The notes below the pieces were generated by a model, which was not told where the DNA came from, made no database searches, and saw only the letters and a list, made by a program, of their open reading frames with translations. A program made the position numbers and the translations under genes. Source: Promethearchaeota archaeon (GTDB taxonomy: Archaea > Asgardarchaeota > Lokiarchaeia > Sigyniarchaeales > SOKP01). From it: a DNA stretch of 31,827 bases. This document shows positions 9,257 to 17,909 of the stretch, in pieces; position 1 is the stretch's first letter; every line of letters starts with the position of its first letter. The stretch spans positions 1-31,827 of the forward strand of contig JBHLMQ010000036.1 of the NCBI GenBank assembly GCA_048938005.1, given 5' to 3'.

Positions 9257-10066
9257 TTAATCTATTTCGTCTTTTTTCTTATGTTTCTTATGCTTTTTTT
9301 CTTTCGCCTTTTTTTCTTCAATCTCTTTTTCTTTGGTTATATCTTCCTCAACTATCGGTTCTTCAGTTGCGGGTTCTACTTCAGGTTCTGGTTCTGGAGG
9401 TTTAGGTTTTCGTGAAATTATCACTTTTGCATAGCGGATAACTTCTTTTCCATATTTGAAACCGTCTTGAACTACTTCTAATATACTATTTTCTTCAATA
9501 TCTTCTTTTTCAACAGTTGTTAATGCTTCATGTACACTATAATCAAATTGATCATTCACACTTACTTGTATTGGTTCAGCTCCAAATGATTTTAAAATGT
9601 TCATAAACTGATTATAGAAGCCTTTTAACACATTCTTCTCAGTATCATTAGCGCTGTCAAGAGCTTTTTTAAATGAATCATATAAAGGTAAGAAACTTTT
9701 TAAAACTGATGCTGTGTATTCAATTCTCAAGTTTTGTCGATTTTTATCCCATCTTTTTTGAGCATTTTCAAATTCAGCTTGAAGATGTATAAATTTTTTC
9801 TTAGAGTCAGCATTTTCTTTTTGTATTTTATCAAGATTTTCCTTTAGTTTAGCTAATTCTTTCTCCAGATTTTCTTTTTCTTTGACTAGATCTTCTTTCG
9901 AAAAATAATCTAACTCAAAATGCTCTTTTTCCTCTAATTTTTTAATTTTCTGAGACTCTGTTTTTGTTTCTGCATTTTCTTGGTCTTCTGTTGGAAATGT
10001 TTCTGTATCAACTGAAACCTCTGGTTTAGATTCTTCTTTTAATTTATCATTGTTATCATCAGTCAT
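9257..10066 (-). CDS. grpE: Nucleotide exchange factor GrpE with long charged N- and C-terminal extensions
   Basis: LQAEFENAQKR, FLPLYDSF, FDYSVHEA and VVQDGFKYGKEVIRYAKV; GAGGT RBS; adjacent to dnaK. Confidence 0.93.
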   Translation of the reverse strand: MTDDNNDKLKEESKPEVSVDTETFPTEDQENAETKTESQKIKKLEEKEHFELDYFSKEDLVKEKENLEKELAKLKENLDKIQKENADSKKKFIHLQAEFENAQKRWDKNRQNLRIEYTASVLKSFLPLYDSFKKALDSANDTEKNVLKGFYNQFMNILKSFGAEPIQVSVNDQFDYSVHEALTTVEKEDIEENSILEVVQDGFKYGKEVIRYAKVIISRKPKPPEPEPEVEPATEEPIVEEDITKEKEIEEKKAKEKKHKKHKKKDEID

Positions 10067-10240
10067 ATTTGTACCTCATTACTCAATAAATATTTTTTAT
10101 GAACAGTAAATATATAATTTAAAATTGATAATCAGATTTATTCTTTATGATATATAGATCATTATAAATAAAATTTAATTATTACGCATAATTAATATTT
10201 ACTTAGTAAGTATAAATTTACAATTTAAAATAATTAAATT

Positions 10241-10255
10241 ATTAAATTCTAGAAA
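10241..10255 (+). promoter_or_regulatory. Candidate shared upstream motif of dnaK (ATTAAATTCTAGAAA)
   Basis: 14/15 identical to 12451-12465 upstream of dnaJ, at near-identical distance from the ATG (74 vs 72 nt). Confidence 0.35.
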
Positions 10256-10314
10256 ACCATTGAAAATTAAGATTTTTAATACAAACTATTCCAAGAAAAG
10301 AAGATGAGATTATT

Positions 10315-12321
10315 ATGAGTGAAGAAAAAACTGAAAAGCCAAAAAGAAAAGAGAAAATAATTGGAATTGATTTAGGAACATCTAATAGTGCTTGTGCAGT
10401 GTTAACTGGTACAGGAAAACCAGAAATTGTACCAGCTGCAGAAGGTAGAACTCTTGGAGGAAAAGCCTTCCCATCTTATGTAGCTTTTGATGAAAATGGT
10501 CGTAAAATAGTAGGAGAACCTGCTCGCCGTCAAGCTGTTTCAAACCCAGACGGTACTGTCACTGCGATTAAACGGAAGATGGGAACCTCTTACAAAGCTA
10601 AATTGAAAGTTGGGGATAAAATGCAAGAGTTTTCACCAGAGGAAATAAGCGCAATGATATTAAAGAAAATTAAAACCGATGCATCAGCATATTTAGGAGA
10701 AGATGTCAAAAAGGCAGTAATAACGGTTCCTGCATATTTTAATGATGCTCAAAGAACTGCCACTAAAAATGCTGGTGAAATAGCTGGTTTAGAAGTTGTA
10801 AGAATGATCAATGAACCTACAGCTGCTTGTTTGGCTTACGGTTTAGATAAAGATACTAAAGATAAATTAATGAAAATTTGTGTTCTTGATTTAGGTGGGG
10901 GAACATTTGATATTACCATAATGGAATATGGCGAGGGAGTAGTTGAAGTTTTGTCCACCGCTGGTGATACACAGCTCGGAGGGACAGATATGGATAATCA
11001 GATAATTGACTGGGTAACTGAAGAGTTTAAAAAGAAAGAAGGTATTGATTTAAAAGGTGATTCAAAAGCATGGATAAGAATTAAGGATGCAGGTGAAAAA
11101 GCTAAAATAGAATTATCCACAACTTTATCAACTACCATAAATTTACCTTATATTTCACAGAAAGGAGGGAATCCTGTTCATTTAACCATGGAACTTACAA
11201 GAGCAAAGTTAGAATCATTAATCGAACCAACTCTTAGACGTCTAGATCCAATTATGCAAAGAGCAATTTCAGATGCGAAATTAGCACCTAATAATATTGA
11301 TAAAGTTATATTAGTAGGAGGACCAACAAGAATGCCTTCTGTCCAGCAAAGATTCAAAAAATTCTTTGGAGGAAAGGAACCTGAGCATTCAGTAGACCCT
11401 ATGGAATGTGTAGCTATTGGAGCATCAATACAAGGGGGTGTAATTGCCGGAGATGTCGAAGATTTATTGCTCCTCGATGTGACCCCATTATCTCTGGGTG
11501 TTGAGACATTAGGTGGCGTGTTCACAAAATTAATTGAAAGAAACAGTACAATTCCTACTGAGAAAAGTCAAGTATTTAGTACAGCAGCAGATAATCAACC
11601 TGCAGTTACGATAAATGTTCTTCAAGGAGAAAGAGCAATGGCAAAAGATAATATTTCTCTAGGAATGTTTCATTTGACAGGTATCCCTCCAGCTCCTCGA
11701 GGTATTCCACAAATAGAGGTAAAATTCTCTATTGATGCCGATGGAATTGTACATGTCACTGCTAAAGATTTAGGAACAGGAAAAGAAACAGGTATCACAG
11801 TCACAGGTTCTCAAGGCTTAACACCAGAAGAAATTAGAGAAAAAGTTCAAACTGCAGAACAATTTGAGGAAGAAGATAAAAAAGTTAGAGAATTGGTTGA
11901 AGCTAAAAACAATGCTGACTCGATGATTTATCAAACTCGAAAATTAATGGAAGATAATAAAGATAAAATCCAAGAAAATGAAAAGAAAGAAATTGAAACA
12001 GCTATAAAATCATTGGAAGAAGATATCAAAACCGATGATGTTTCAAGAATTAAGTTAGGGGTTGAAAATCTACAAAAATCGATGTATAGCTTCTCTCAAA
12101 GGATTTATCAGGCTCAAGCTCAAGAACAGGTCTATCAACAAGCTGCTGAGCAAGCTCAGCGTGCTGCAAGTGATATGGGGGGCGTTCCACCAGGCGGAAT
12201 GGGTGGCGTCCCTCCAGGTGGAGTTGATGAGACGGGTGCTGGTGGTGCCACTTATAAAAAAGATAAGAAAGAAGAAGACAAGAAAAAGAAGGTTGTAGAT
12301 GTAGATTGGGATGAGGATTAA
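10315..12321 (+). CDS. dnaK: Molecular chaperone DnaK (Hsp70)
   Basis: [35 protein letters not shown] and linker [13 protein letters not shown]. Lacks the Gram-negative N-terminal insert. Confidence 0.99.
   Translation: MSEEKTEKPKRKEKIIGIDLGTSNSACAVLTGTGKPEIVPAAEGRTLGGKAFPSYVAFDENGRKIVGEPARRQAVSNPDGTVTAIKRKMGTSYKAKLKVGDKMQEFSPEEISAMILKKIKTDASAYLGEDVKKAVITVPAYFNDAQRTATKNAGEIAGLEVVRMINEPTAACLAYGLDKDTKDKLMKICVLDLGGGTFDITIMEYGEGVVEVLSTAGDTQLGGTDMDNQIIDWVTEEFKKKEGIDLKGDSKAWIRIKDAGEKAKIELSTTLSTTINLPYISQKGGNPVHLTMELTRAKLESLIEPTLRRLDPIMQRAISDAKLAPNNIDKVILVGGPTRMPSVQQRFKKFFGGKEPEHSVDPMECVAIGASIQGGVIAGDVEDLLLLDVTPLSLGVETLGGVFTKLIERNSTIPTEKSQVFSTAADNQPAVTINVLQGERAMAKDNISLGMFHLTGIPPAPRGIPQIEVKFSIDADGIVHVTAKDLGTGKETGITVTGSQGLTPEEIREKVQTAEQFEEEDKKVRELVEAKNNADSMIYQTRKLMEDNKDKIQENEKKEIETAIKSLEEDIKTDDVSRIKLGVENLQKSMYSFSQRIYQAQAQEQVYQQAAEQAQRAASDMGGVPPGGMGGVPPGGVDETGAGGATYKKDKKEEDKKKKVVDVDWDED
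12175..12222 (+). repeat. Tandem 24-nt coding repeat (MGGVPPGG x2) in the DnaK tail
   Basis: atggggggcgttccaccaggcgga / atgggtggcgtccctccaggtgga encode an identical peptide with synonymous differences. Confidence 0.85.
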
Positions 12322-12324
12322 TCC

Positions 12325-12352
12325 TTTTTTTTATTAATATCTTTTATTTTTT
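12325..12352 (+). terminator. Putative archaeal oligo-T terminator after dnaK
   Basis: T8 run 4 nt after the stop, followed by further T4 and T6 runs. Confidence 0.45.
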
Positions 12353-12450
12353 ATAAAATTTTAGTATTTTATCATAAAGCAATGTGTTCGAAGTCTCTTA
12401 ATCAATATAAGTTTAAATTGTTTTTAATTTAATAACCAACGACCTAAAAA

Positions 12451-12465
12451 ATTAAATTTTAGAAA
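12451..12465 (+). promoter_or_regulatory. Candidate shared upstream motif of dnaJ (ATTAAATTTTAGAAA)
   Basis: Matches 10241-10255 in sequence and spacing. Confidence 0.35.
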
Positions 12466-12522
12466 CAATTTTAATTACTTGAGTTTTTTACATATATCAT
12501 TATACTTAGGGACTAAAGAATC

Positions 12523-13662
12523 ATGAGTTCTAAGAAAAGAGATTACTATGAAGTTCTTGGTGTGAGTAAAGATGCTACTTTAAATGACATCAAACTTGCG
12601 TATAGGCGATTGGCCAGAAAATTACATCCAGATTTGAATAAGACAGATCCACAAGCAAAGGAGAAGTTTATCGAACTCCAAGAAGCATATGAGGTTTTAA
12701 GTGATCCAGACAAAAGACAAAATTATGATCGATTTGGCTTTAGTGGAGTACATATTGATATGAGTGACTTTTTCAGTGGTGGTATTCCAGGAATCGATGA
12801 ATTACTCAGAAATATTTTTGGTGGATTTAGTCCTTTTGGCGGATTTGATGATTTTGGATTTGGGGGTTTCGGTTCAAGAGCAAGAAGAAGAACTGCTGCT
12901 CCACGTAGAGAAGTTGGACAAGATTTAGAAGATCATGTTGAAATTACTTTTGAGGAGGCGATGTTCGGTGTAAAGAAGGATGTCCCTATAGAAAGATACA
13001 CTCCTTGTGATGATTGTGAGGGGACAGGAGCGGAAGATCCTTCAAGTATAAAATCCTGTCCAGAATGCCAAGGAACGGGACGAATAAGGAAAATGACTCA
13101 ATCTGGATTTGGTACTATCATCCGTGAATCAGAATGTTATAGATGTAATGGTACAGGAAAGGTAATAGAGAAAAAATGCAAAACATGTGGAGGACGAAAG
13201 GTAATCCCAGAAATTAAAACAATACATGTAAATATTCCAGCTGGAGTTGAAAATGGTGTTCACTTAAAAGTTCAAGGAGCAGGACATGTCCCTTCTGTTA
13301 ATGCAATTCCGGGTGATCTTTATTTAGGAATACGAATAACTGGTGATGAAAAATTTATACGACGTGGTAATGACCTTTATACACCAGCTGATATAGATCT
13401 TGTAACTGCTATAATAGGCGGCAAAATTACAGTTCCAACATTAGATTATAAAGAACAGAAATTGACAGAAAAAGAACTAACTATTCCTCCCGGGACTCAA
13501 CCTGGAACGGAATTTCGGATTAAAAATCGTGGAGTTTCATATATGCGAGGCAAGGGCAGGGGAGATCAGTACGTCATAGTAAATATTGAAATCCCTAGAA
13601 AAGTTTCAGATAAACAAAAAGAATTGTTGGAAAAGTTTAGAGAATTGAGTAAAAAAAAATAA
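12523..13662 (+). CDS. dnaJ: Chaperone DnaJ (class A)
   Basis: J domain with HPD, G/F-rich region, four CxxCxGxG-type zinc motifs and C-terminal domain. Confidence 0.98.
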   Translation: MSSKKRDYYEVLGVSKDATLNDIKLAYRRLARKLHPDLNKTDPQAKEKFIELQEAYEVLSDPDKRQNYDRFGFSGVHIDMSDFFSGGIPGIDELLRNIFGGFSPFGGFDDFGFGGFGSRARRRTAAPRREVGQDLEDHVEITFEEAMFGVKKDVPIERYTPCDDCEGTGAEDPSSIKSCPECQGTGRIRKMTQSGFGTIIRESECYRCNGTGKVIEKKCKTCGGRKVIPEIKTIHVNIPAGVENGVHLKVQGAGHVPSVNAIPGDLYLGIRITGDEKFIRRGNDLYTPADIDLVTAIIGGKITVPTLDYKEQKLTEKELTIPPGTQPGTEFRIKNRGVSYMRGKGRGDQYVIVNIEIPRKVSDKQKELLEKFRELSKKK

Positions 13663-13693
13663 ATTAACTTGTTTTCAAATAAATTAATAACCA

Positions 13694-14227
13694 TTGAAGA
13701 AAAAAGTTTTAATTACTGGTCCGCCTAGATGCGGAAAAAGCACTCTGATTTCTCAATTAATTGATTATTATAATAATAAGAAGAATTATATTATCTATGG
13801 TTTTTTAACCCCTGAAATTAGAGAAAGTGGCAATCGGATAGGTTTTGATATTTTAGATATTTATTCTGGGAAGAGATCTCAATTATCAAGAGTAGGAAAT
13901 TTCAAAACCAAACATATGGTAGGAAAATATAATGTTTTTATTGAGGAATTTGATAATTACCTAAATAACGCCTTAAATTTAGAAGGAAAATCCGTTGATT
14001 TGGTTATTATCGATGAGATTGGAAAGATGGAATTATTTTCTAAAAAATTCCAAGATTTTATTAAACAAATATTTTCATCAGATGTTTCGATTTTAGCTTC
14101 AATAGGCTTAAAGTTACAGCATCCACTTAAAGATTATCTATTAAATCTCCCTTCAGTTGTAATATTGAAGTTAAATCGCCAAAATTATCGGTTTATATTT
14201 GAAAAAGTAATTTCTCTAATTTCCTAA
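13694..14227 (+). CDS. THEP1/NTPase_1-family nucleoside triphosphatase
   Basis: ITGPPRCGKST, GFLTPEIRESGNRIGF, VGKY and IIDEIGKMEL; TTG start. Confidence 0.92.
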   Translation: MKKKVLITGPPRCGKSTLISQLIDYYNNKKNYIIYGFLTPEIRESGNRIGFDILDIYSGKRSQLSRVGNFKTKHMVGKYNVFIEEFDNYLNNALNLEGKSVDLVIIDEIGKMELFSKKFQDFIKQIFSSDVSILASIGLKLQHPLKDYLLNLPSVVILKLNRQNYRFIFEKVISLIS

Positions 14228-14364
14228 CGATAGATTTAAACTAAGAATTAAGTTAAGCACAGAAATACACACTTAAAGTTTTTTTTTCCACAAAACTTTA
14301 TATTTTGATTGTTTTTATTTTAATAAAGAGTATCCAAACATCGATTTAAGAAGGGAATTAACTA

Positions 14365-14481
14365 TTGCTCTGGAAATGTGATAAATGTGGTTATGAATTT
14401 GAATTAGATGATTTTCCAGAAGAAGGGTTCAAATGCCCTGGATGTGGAGATGCTGATGGAACTTTTAGTCTGGAAGAATAA
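14365..14481 (+). CDS. 38-aa rubredoxin-like/Zn-ribbon microprotein (not in ORF track)
   Basis: TTG start after a purine-rich AAGGGA; MLWKCDKCGYEFELDDFPEEGFKCPGCGDADGTFSLEE*; two CxxCG knuckles; T-rich tract downstream. Confidence 0.82.
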   Translation: MLWKCDKCGYEFELDDFPEEGFKCPGCGDADGTFSLEE

Positions 14482-14607
14482 TTTAATCTTTCAGTTTTTT
14501 TGTTTTTCTAAAATTCTTTTATATTCTCTCTTTTATTCTCTATTATATCTTATGGTTTAAAAACTATAAATTATTTAAACTCACTGGTTTTATTGAAATA
14601 AAAGGAT

Positions 14608-14829
14608 ATGAGAGAGAAATTTATGGTTGAATGTAATCAAGAAGAGAGAAAAAATAGTTGTGCTTGTACATATGATTGCCACAGAAGAGGTAAATGTTGT
14701 GAATGTTTAGAATATCACCTTTCTATGGATCAATTACCTGGATGTGTTTTTGCGAAGATATCTAAAGATGCTGAAAGATCATATAATCGAGATTTTGATT
14801 ATTTCGCTCGATTAGTCTTAAGAAAATAG
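14608..14829 (+). CDS. Small Cys-rich protein (DUF6485-like)
   Basis: CACTYDC-RRGKCCECLEYH-LPGC-AERSYNR pattern; family name recalled from memory. The start may be ATG 14623. Confidence 0.75.
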   Translation: MREKFMVECNQEERKNSCACTYDCHRRGKCCECLEYHLSMDQLPGCVFAKISKDAERSYNRDFDYFARLVLRK

Positions 14830-14978
14830 TAATAAAGGTTATTGGGAGAAAGGTTCGAATAATTACATAAACTATTTTTTCTGCCAGAAGTTTTTATATC
14901 TTAATTATTTTTTAAGTCATAATAATCCAATCAACCAAAAAAAAATAAGTGTTTAATAGAAATTAAATTAATGGAGGG

Positions 14979-15746
14979 ATGAAAATTTCAGATATTGCGA
15001 TGATAATTGGTATAGTTGTTGGCGTAATACTATTAATTGTTGTCATCTGGCTTTTAACGGGTTTAAAGACAGCAACGGAGTATAGACGTCTTATAATTTT
15101 TCGATTTGGAAAATACAAAAGAACTATTGGTCCTGGAATTGTATATGTATTACCACTTATCGAGAAATCGATAGAGGTTGATATACGTATAAAAACGCTT
15201 GATATAAGTAAACAAGATATTATAACTAGAGATAATATTCCAGTTACAGCAGATACGAGTGTGTTTTATAAAGTGATTAATCCAGAGTATGCCACTACAA
15301 AAATAGAAAATCCTACTAGAGCTGTATTTAATTATACTCAAGGAGCTTTAAGAGATGTTATTGGTGGGATGGAACTAGATGAAGTTCTTACACAAAGAGA
15401 GAAAATTTCACAAGAAATACGCAATGTAGTTGATGAGGAAACGAGAGAATGGGGGATTCAAATTACTCAAATTAAGATCCAACAAATTGAGTTACCAGAA
15501 AATATGAAACGGGCAATGGCAGTACAAGCTGAGAAAGAACGTGAAAAACGTGCTACAATTATTGCTTCTGAAGGAGAATATGAAGCCGCAAAGAACATTG
15601 CAAAAGCTGCAGAGTTATTAGCTCAAAATCCAGCTGCAATCCAGCTAAGATCTTTACAAACAATTCAAGATATTTCTCATGAACCAAGTCAGAAAATTGT
15701 GTTATTCATGCCATCTGGAATCGAAAATCTGCTAAAAAAATTATAA
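14979..15746 (+). CDS. SPFH/band-7 stomatin-like (slipin) membrane protein
   Basis: N-terminal TM helix, FRFGK..GPG, ITRDN, LRDVIG, WGIQI, RAMAVQAE and QLRSLQT; GGAGG RBS. Confidence 0.95.
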   Translation: MKISDIAMIIGIVVGVILLIVVIWLLTGLKTATEYRRLIIFRFGKYKRTIGPGIVYVLPLIEKSIEVDIRIKTLDISKQDIITRDNIPVTADTSVFYKVINPEYATTKIENPTRAVFNYTQGALRDVIGGMELDEVLTQREKISQEIRNVVDEETREWGIQITQIKIQQIELPENMKRAMAVQAEKEREKRATIIASEGEYEAAKNIAKAAELLAQNPAAIQLRSLQTIQDISHEPSQKIVLFMPSGIENLLKKL

Positions 15747-15926
15747 ATATTAAGAGTCATCCAACAAGTATTAATAAAATTTTTTTTTTTTATATTTGTC
15801 AAAATCCTCAAAAATTTCTGAACTAAGTAGAAATCACAGTTTCTTTTGAATCGGTATATTTATATACTGGTGTATTGCTCAATAATATTGATTTTATATA
15901 TAAATTTTATTTGGTGATTATTAATA

Positions 15927-16061
15927 TTGAAGTCCCCCGATGAGAAAAAAAAGGACACGGGAAAGTCTTTTTTTCTATGGGAATTATCTTTAAGGAGGAA
16001 GAATGAAAAAGAAAAGAAAACAAGTAAAAGCGTTAGTAAGAAGAACAAAAAAGGAATCTAA
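15927..16061 (+). CDS. Possible 44-aa Lys-rich microprotein
   Basis: GGTGA 9 nt upstream of TTG; MKSPDEKKKDTGKSFFLWELSLRRKNEKEKKTSKSVSKKNKKGI*. Sense-strand purine bias is like real genes here; no recognisable family. Confidence 0.4.
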   Translation: MKSPDEKKKDTGKSFFLWELSLRRKNEKEKKTSKSVSKKNKKGI

Positions 16062-16152
16062 TTTTCAAATTTTAGCCATCTAGGAAGAAATCGTATAGAA
16101 TTCATAAATATTGCATAATAATTTTAAGTTAAATGTTTAAAAAACCAGAAAA

Positions 16153-17019
16153 ATGAAAAGAACAGCTACCAATTTAATGATAGGTTTTATAAAAGAATCT
16201 CAAACAAGAATTCGATATGAAATTTTCGCAGAAATCGCAAGAAAAGAGAAACTTACATTAATCTTTAGAATTTTTAAAGATTTCGCTAATCAAAAAAGAG
16301 AAGTTGCTAATTGGTGTTATAAAACATTACAACAATTAAAAAAGGATGAGTTATTTGAAGATTTAACTGTAGAAATTGAGAGCCCAACTACTTATGGAAC
16401 AACAATACAAAATTTAGAATCTTCTATAAAAGAAGAAGATAAACAATGGCAAGATTTATACCCCAATTTCGTAAGTATTGCTAAAATAGAAGGATATCAA
16501 AAAATTGCTAAAGTTTTAAAAGAAATTATTCAAACTAAAAGAAATCAATCTCAGAGATTAAAGATGTTCTTAAATTTAGTTAAAAGTAATGCGTTTTTTA
16601 AAAGAAACATGATTCCTTACTGGAAATGTTTAGCGTGTGGATATGAGGTTGCGATGGATGAGTTGCCTAATGATTTTAATTGTCCTTCTTGTGGGCATTT
16701 TAAGTCATATTTTCAAAGAAAGATTTTACAGTTAATGCCAGACGAAAAATCTCTAGAACAAAAAGATATCTCTGGGTGGGTTTGCATGGAATGTGGATAT
16801 GAAGTTGCCTTAGAGGAATTACCTGAGGACTGGAAATGTTTTTCCTGTGGTCGCTCTAAAGCTTACTTTAAACGAAAAATTTTAAAACCAGAAAACTATA
16901 TAATTAAGCCTACAGTAATAGAAAAAGCTCATTGGGTATGTTTACAATGTGGAAATGAAGAAGAAATAGATATGCCGGTTGGATGGAAATGTCCTAAATG
17001 TGGATTTCCCAATGAGTAG
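16153..17019 (+). CDS. Rubrerythrin-like protein with degenerate di-iron site and three rubredoxin-like domains
   Basis: N-terminal rubrerythrin pattern (TATNL..F..ESQ.R.RY..FA..A.KE; T.QNL; W..LYP.F..IA..EGY) followed by three W-x-CxxCG...CxxCG units. Confidence 0.88.
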   Translation: MKRTATNLMIGFIKESQTRIRYEIFAEIARKEKLTLIFRIFKDFANQKREVANWCYKTLQQLKKDELFEDLTVEIESPTTYGTTIQNLESSIKEEDKQWQDLYPNFVSIAKIEGYQKIAKVLKEIIQTKRNQSQRLKMFLNLVKSNAFFKRNMIPYWKCLACGYEVAMDELPNDFNCPSCGHFKSYFQRKILQLMPDEKSLEQKDISGWVCMECGYEVALEELPEDWKCFSCGRSKAYFKRKILKPENYIIKPTVIEKAHWVCLQCGNEEEIDMPVGWKCPKCGFPNE

Positions 17020-17038
17020 CGTTTATGTAAAAAATTTT

Positions 17039-17878
17039 CTACTTCATAAATTTTACGTGTACAATTTTTGCTGTTTTAAAACGTTCAGCCATTTTTACCA
17101 TTTTAAGTGTTTTTTTATTCCATTTTGGATTAAGTTCAATTCGAGCATACATAGTATACCAATCAACTACTTTAAGTTTATCAGACCACTTAGCAAGGGC
17201 TTTTATGGGATCACCTATTCCTATATGCCAAAATGGTGTTTTTGCTCCAGCTTTTTTTGCCCTTTTATGGGCTACTTTAATCGCTAAATTCGATACACAA
17301 TCAAAAATTAATTCACCACTTGGAAATTTTTTAGCTAAAGCATCAAAAAATACTGAAATCTCTGATTCTTGAAAATAATAAATAAAACCTCCAGCAATAA
17401 TAAAAATCCCCTTAACTGGAGCGAATTCTACATCCTCAAACCAAGAATAATCAAGAGCAGATTTCGAAATATATGAACATCTAGTTGATTCTGGTATATA
17501 TTTTCTTCGAAATTCAATTGCATCAGGTAAATCTAGATCATACCATTTAATACTACCATTATCTACACGGTAAAATGTTGTATCAAGTCCTGCTCCAACA
17601 TTTATAATAGTTGCTTCTGGAAATTTTTCTATGTATTTTAGTACTGCATCATCGAAGTTTCTCGCTCTTACTAAAAGTCCAATGCCTCGCCATTCACCAA
17701 GATATTCCCGTATTTTTGAAAAATCATAATCAATTTCTTTTATTATTTCAGAGGATTTTTTATCATCTAATATATCAGGATATAATTGGCTATATTTTGC
17801 TCTTGCCCATAAAGGTCCAAGCATGGTCTCTTGGACATCTCCTAAAATTGGGAGATCATTTTCTGACATATAACTCAT
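17039..17878 (-). CDS. Class I SAM-dependent methyltransferase (LCM/TcmP-like)
   Basis: VQETML.PLWARA, RARNFD, INVGAGLDT.FYR and WYDLDLP. Confidence 0.9.
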   Translation of the reverse strand: MSYMSENDLPILGDVQETMLGPLWARAKYSQLYPDILDDKKSSEIIKEIDYDFSKIREYLGEWRGIGLLVRARNFDDAVLKYIEKFPEATIINVGAGLDTTFYRVDNGSIKWYDLDLPDAIEFRRKYIPESTRCSYISKSALDYSWFEDVEFAPVKGIFIIAGGFIYYFQESEISVFFDALAKKFPSGELIFDCVSNLAIKVAHKRAKKAGAKTPFWHIGIGDPIKALAKWSDKLKVVDWYTMYARIELNPKWNKKTLKMVKMAERFKTAKIVHVKFMK

Positions 17879-17909
17879 AATTATTTTTAATTAAAAAGAG
17901 TTACAAATT

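Noticed and set aside
7446-9405. Short + strand ORFs 7446-7628 and 9217-9405
   Set aside because: Antisense to the TPR-RING gene and grpE; no motifs.
11178-12298. ORFs 11178-11525 (-) and 12062-12298 (+)
   Set aside because: Shadow or alternate frames inside dnaK.
15940-15980. ATGA followed by a hairpin, considered as a eukaryote-like SECIS
   Set aside because: No GA on the 3' side to form the quartet, and no in-frame TGA selenoprotein candidate seen nearby.
15150-16048. Minus-strand ORFs 15150-15341 and 15860-16048
   Set aside because: The first is antisense to SPFH. The second is a Phe/Leu-rich mirror of an A-rich + strand that has better RBS-linked micro-ORFs.
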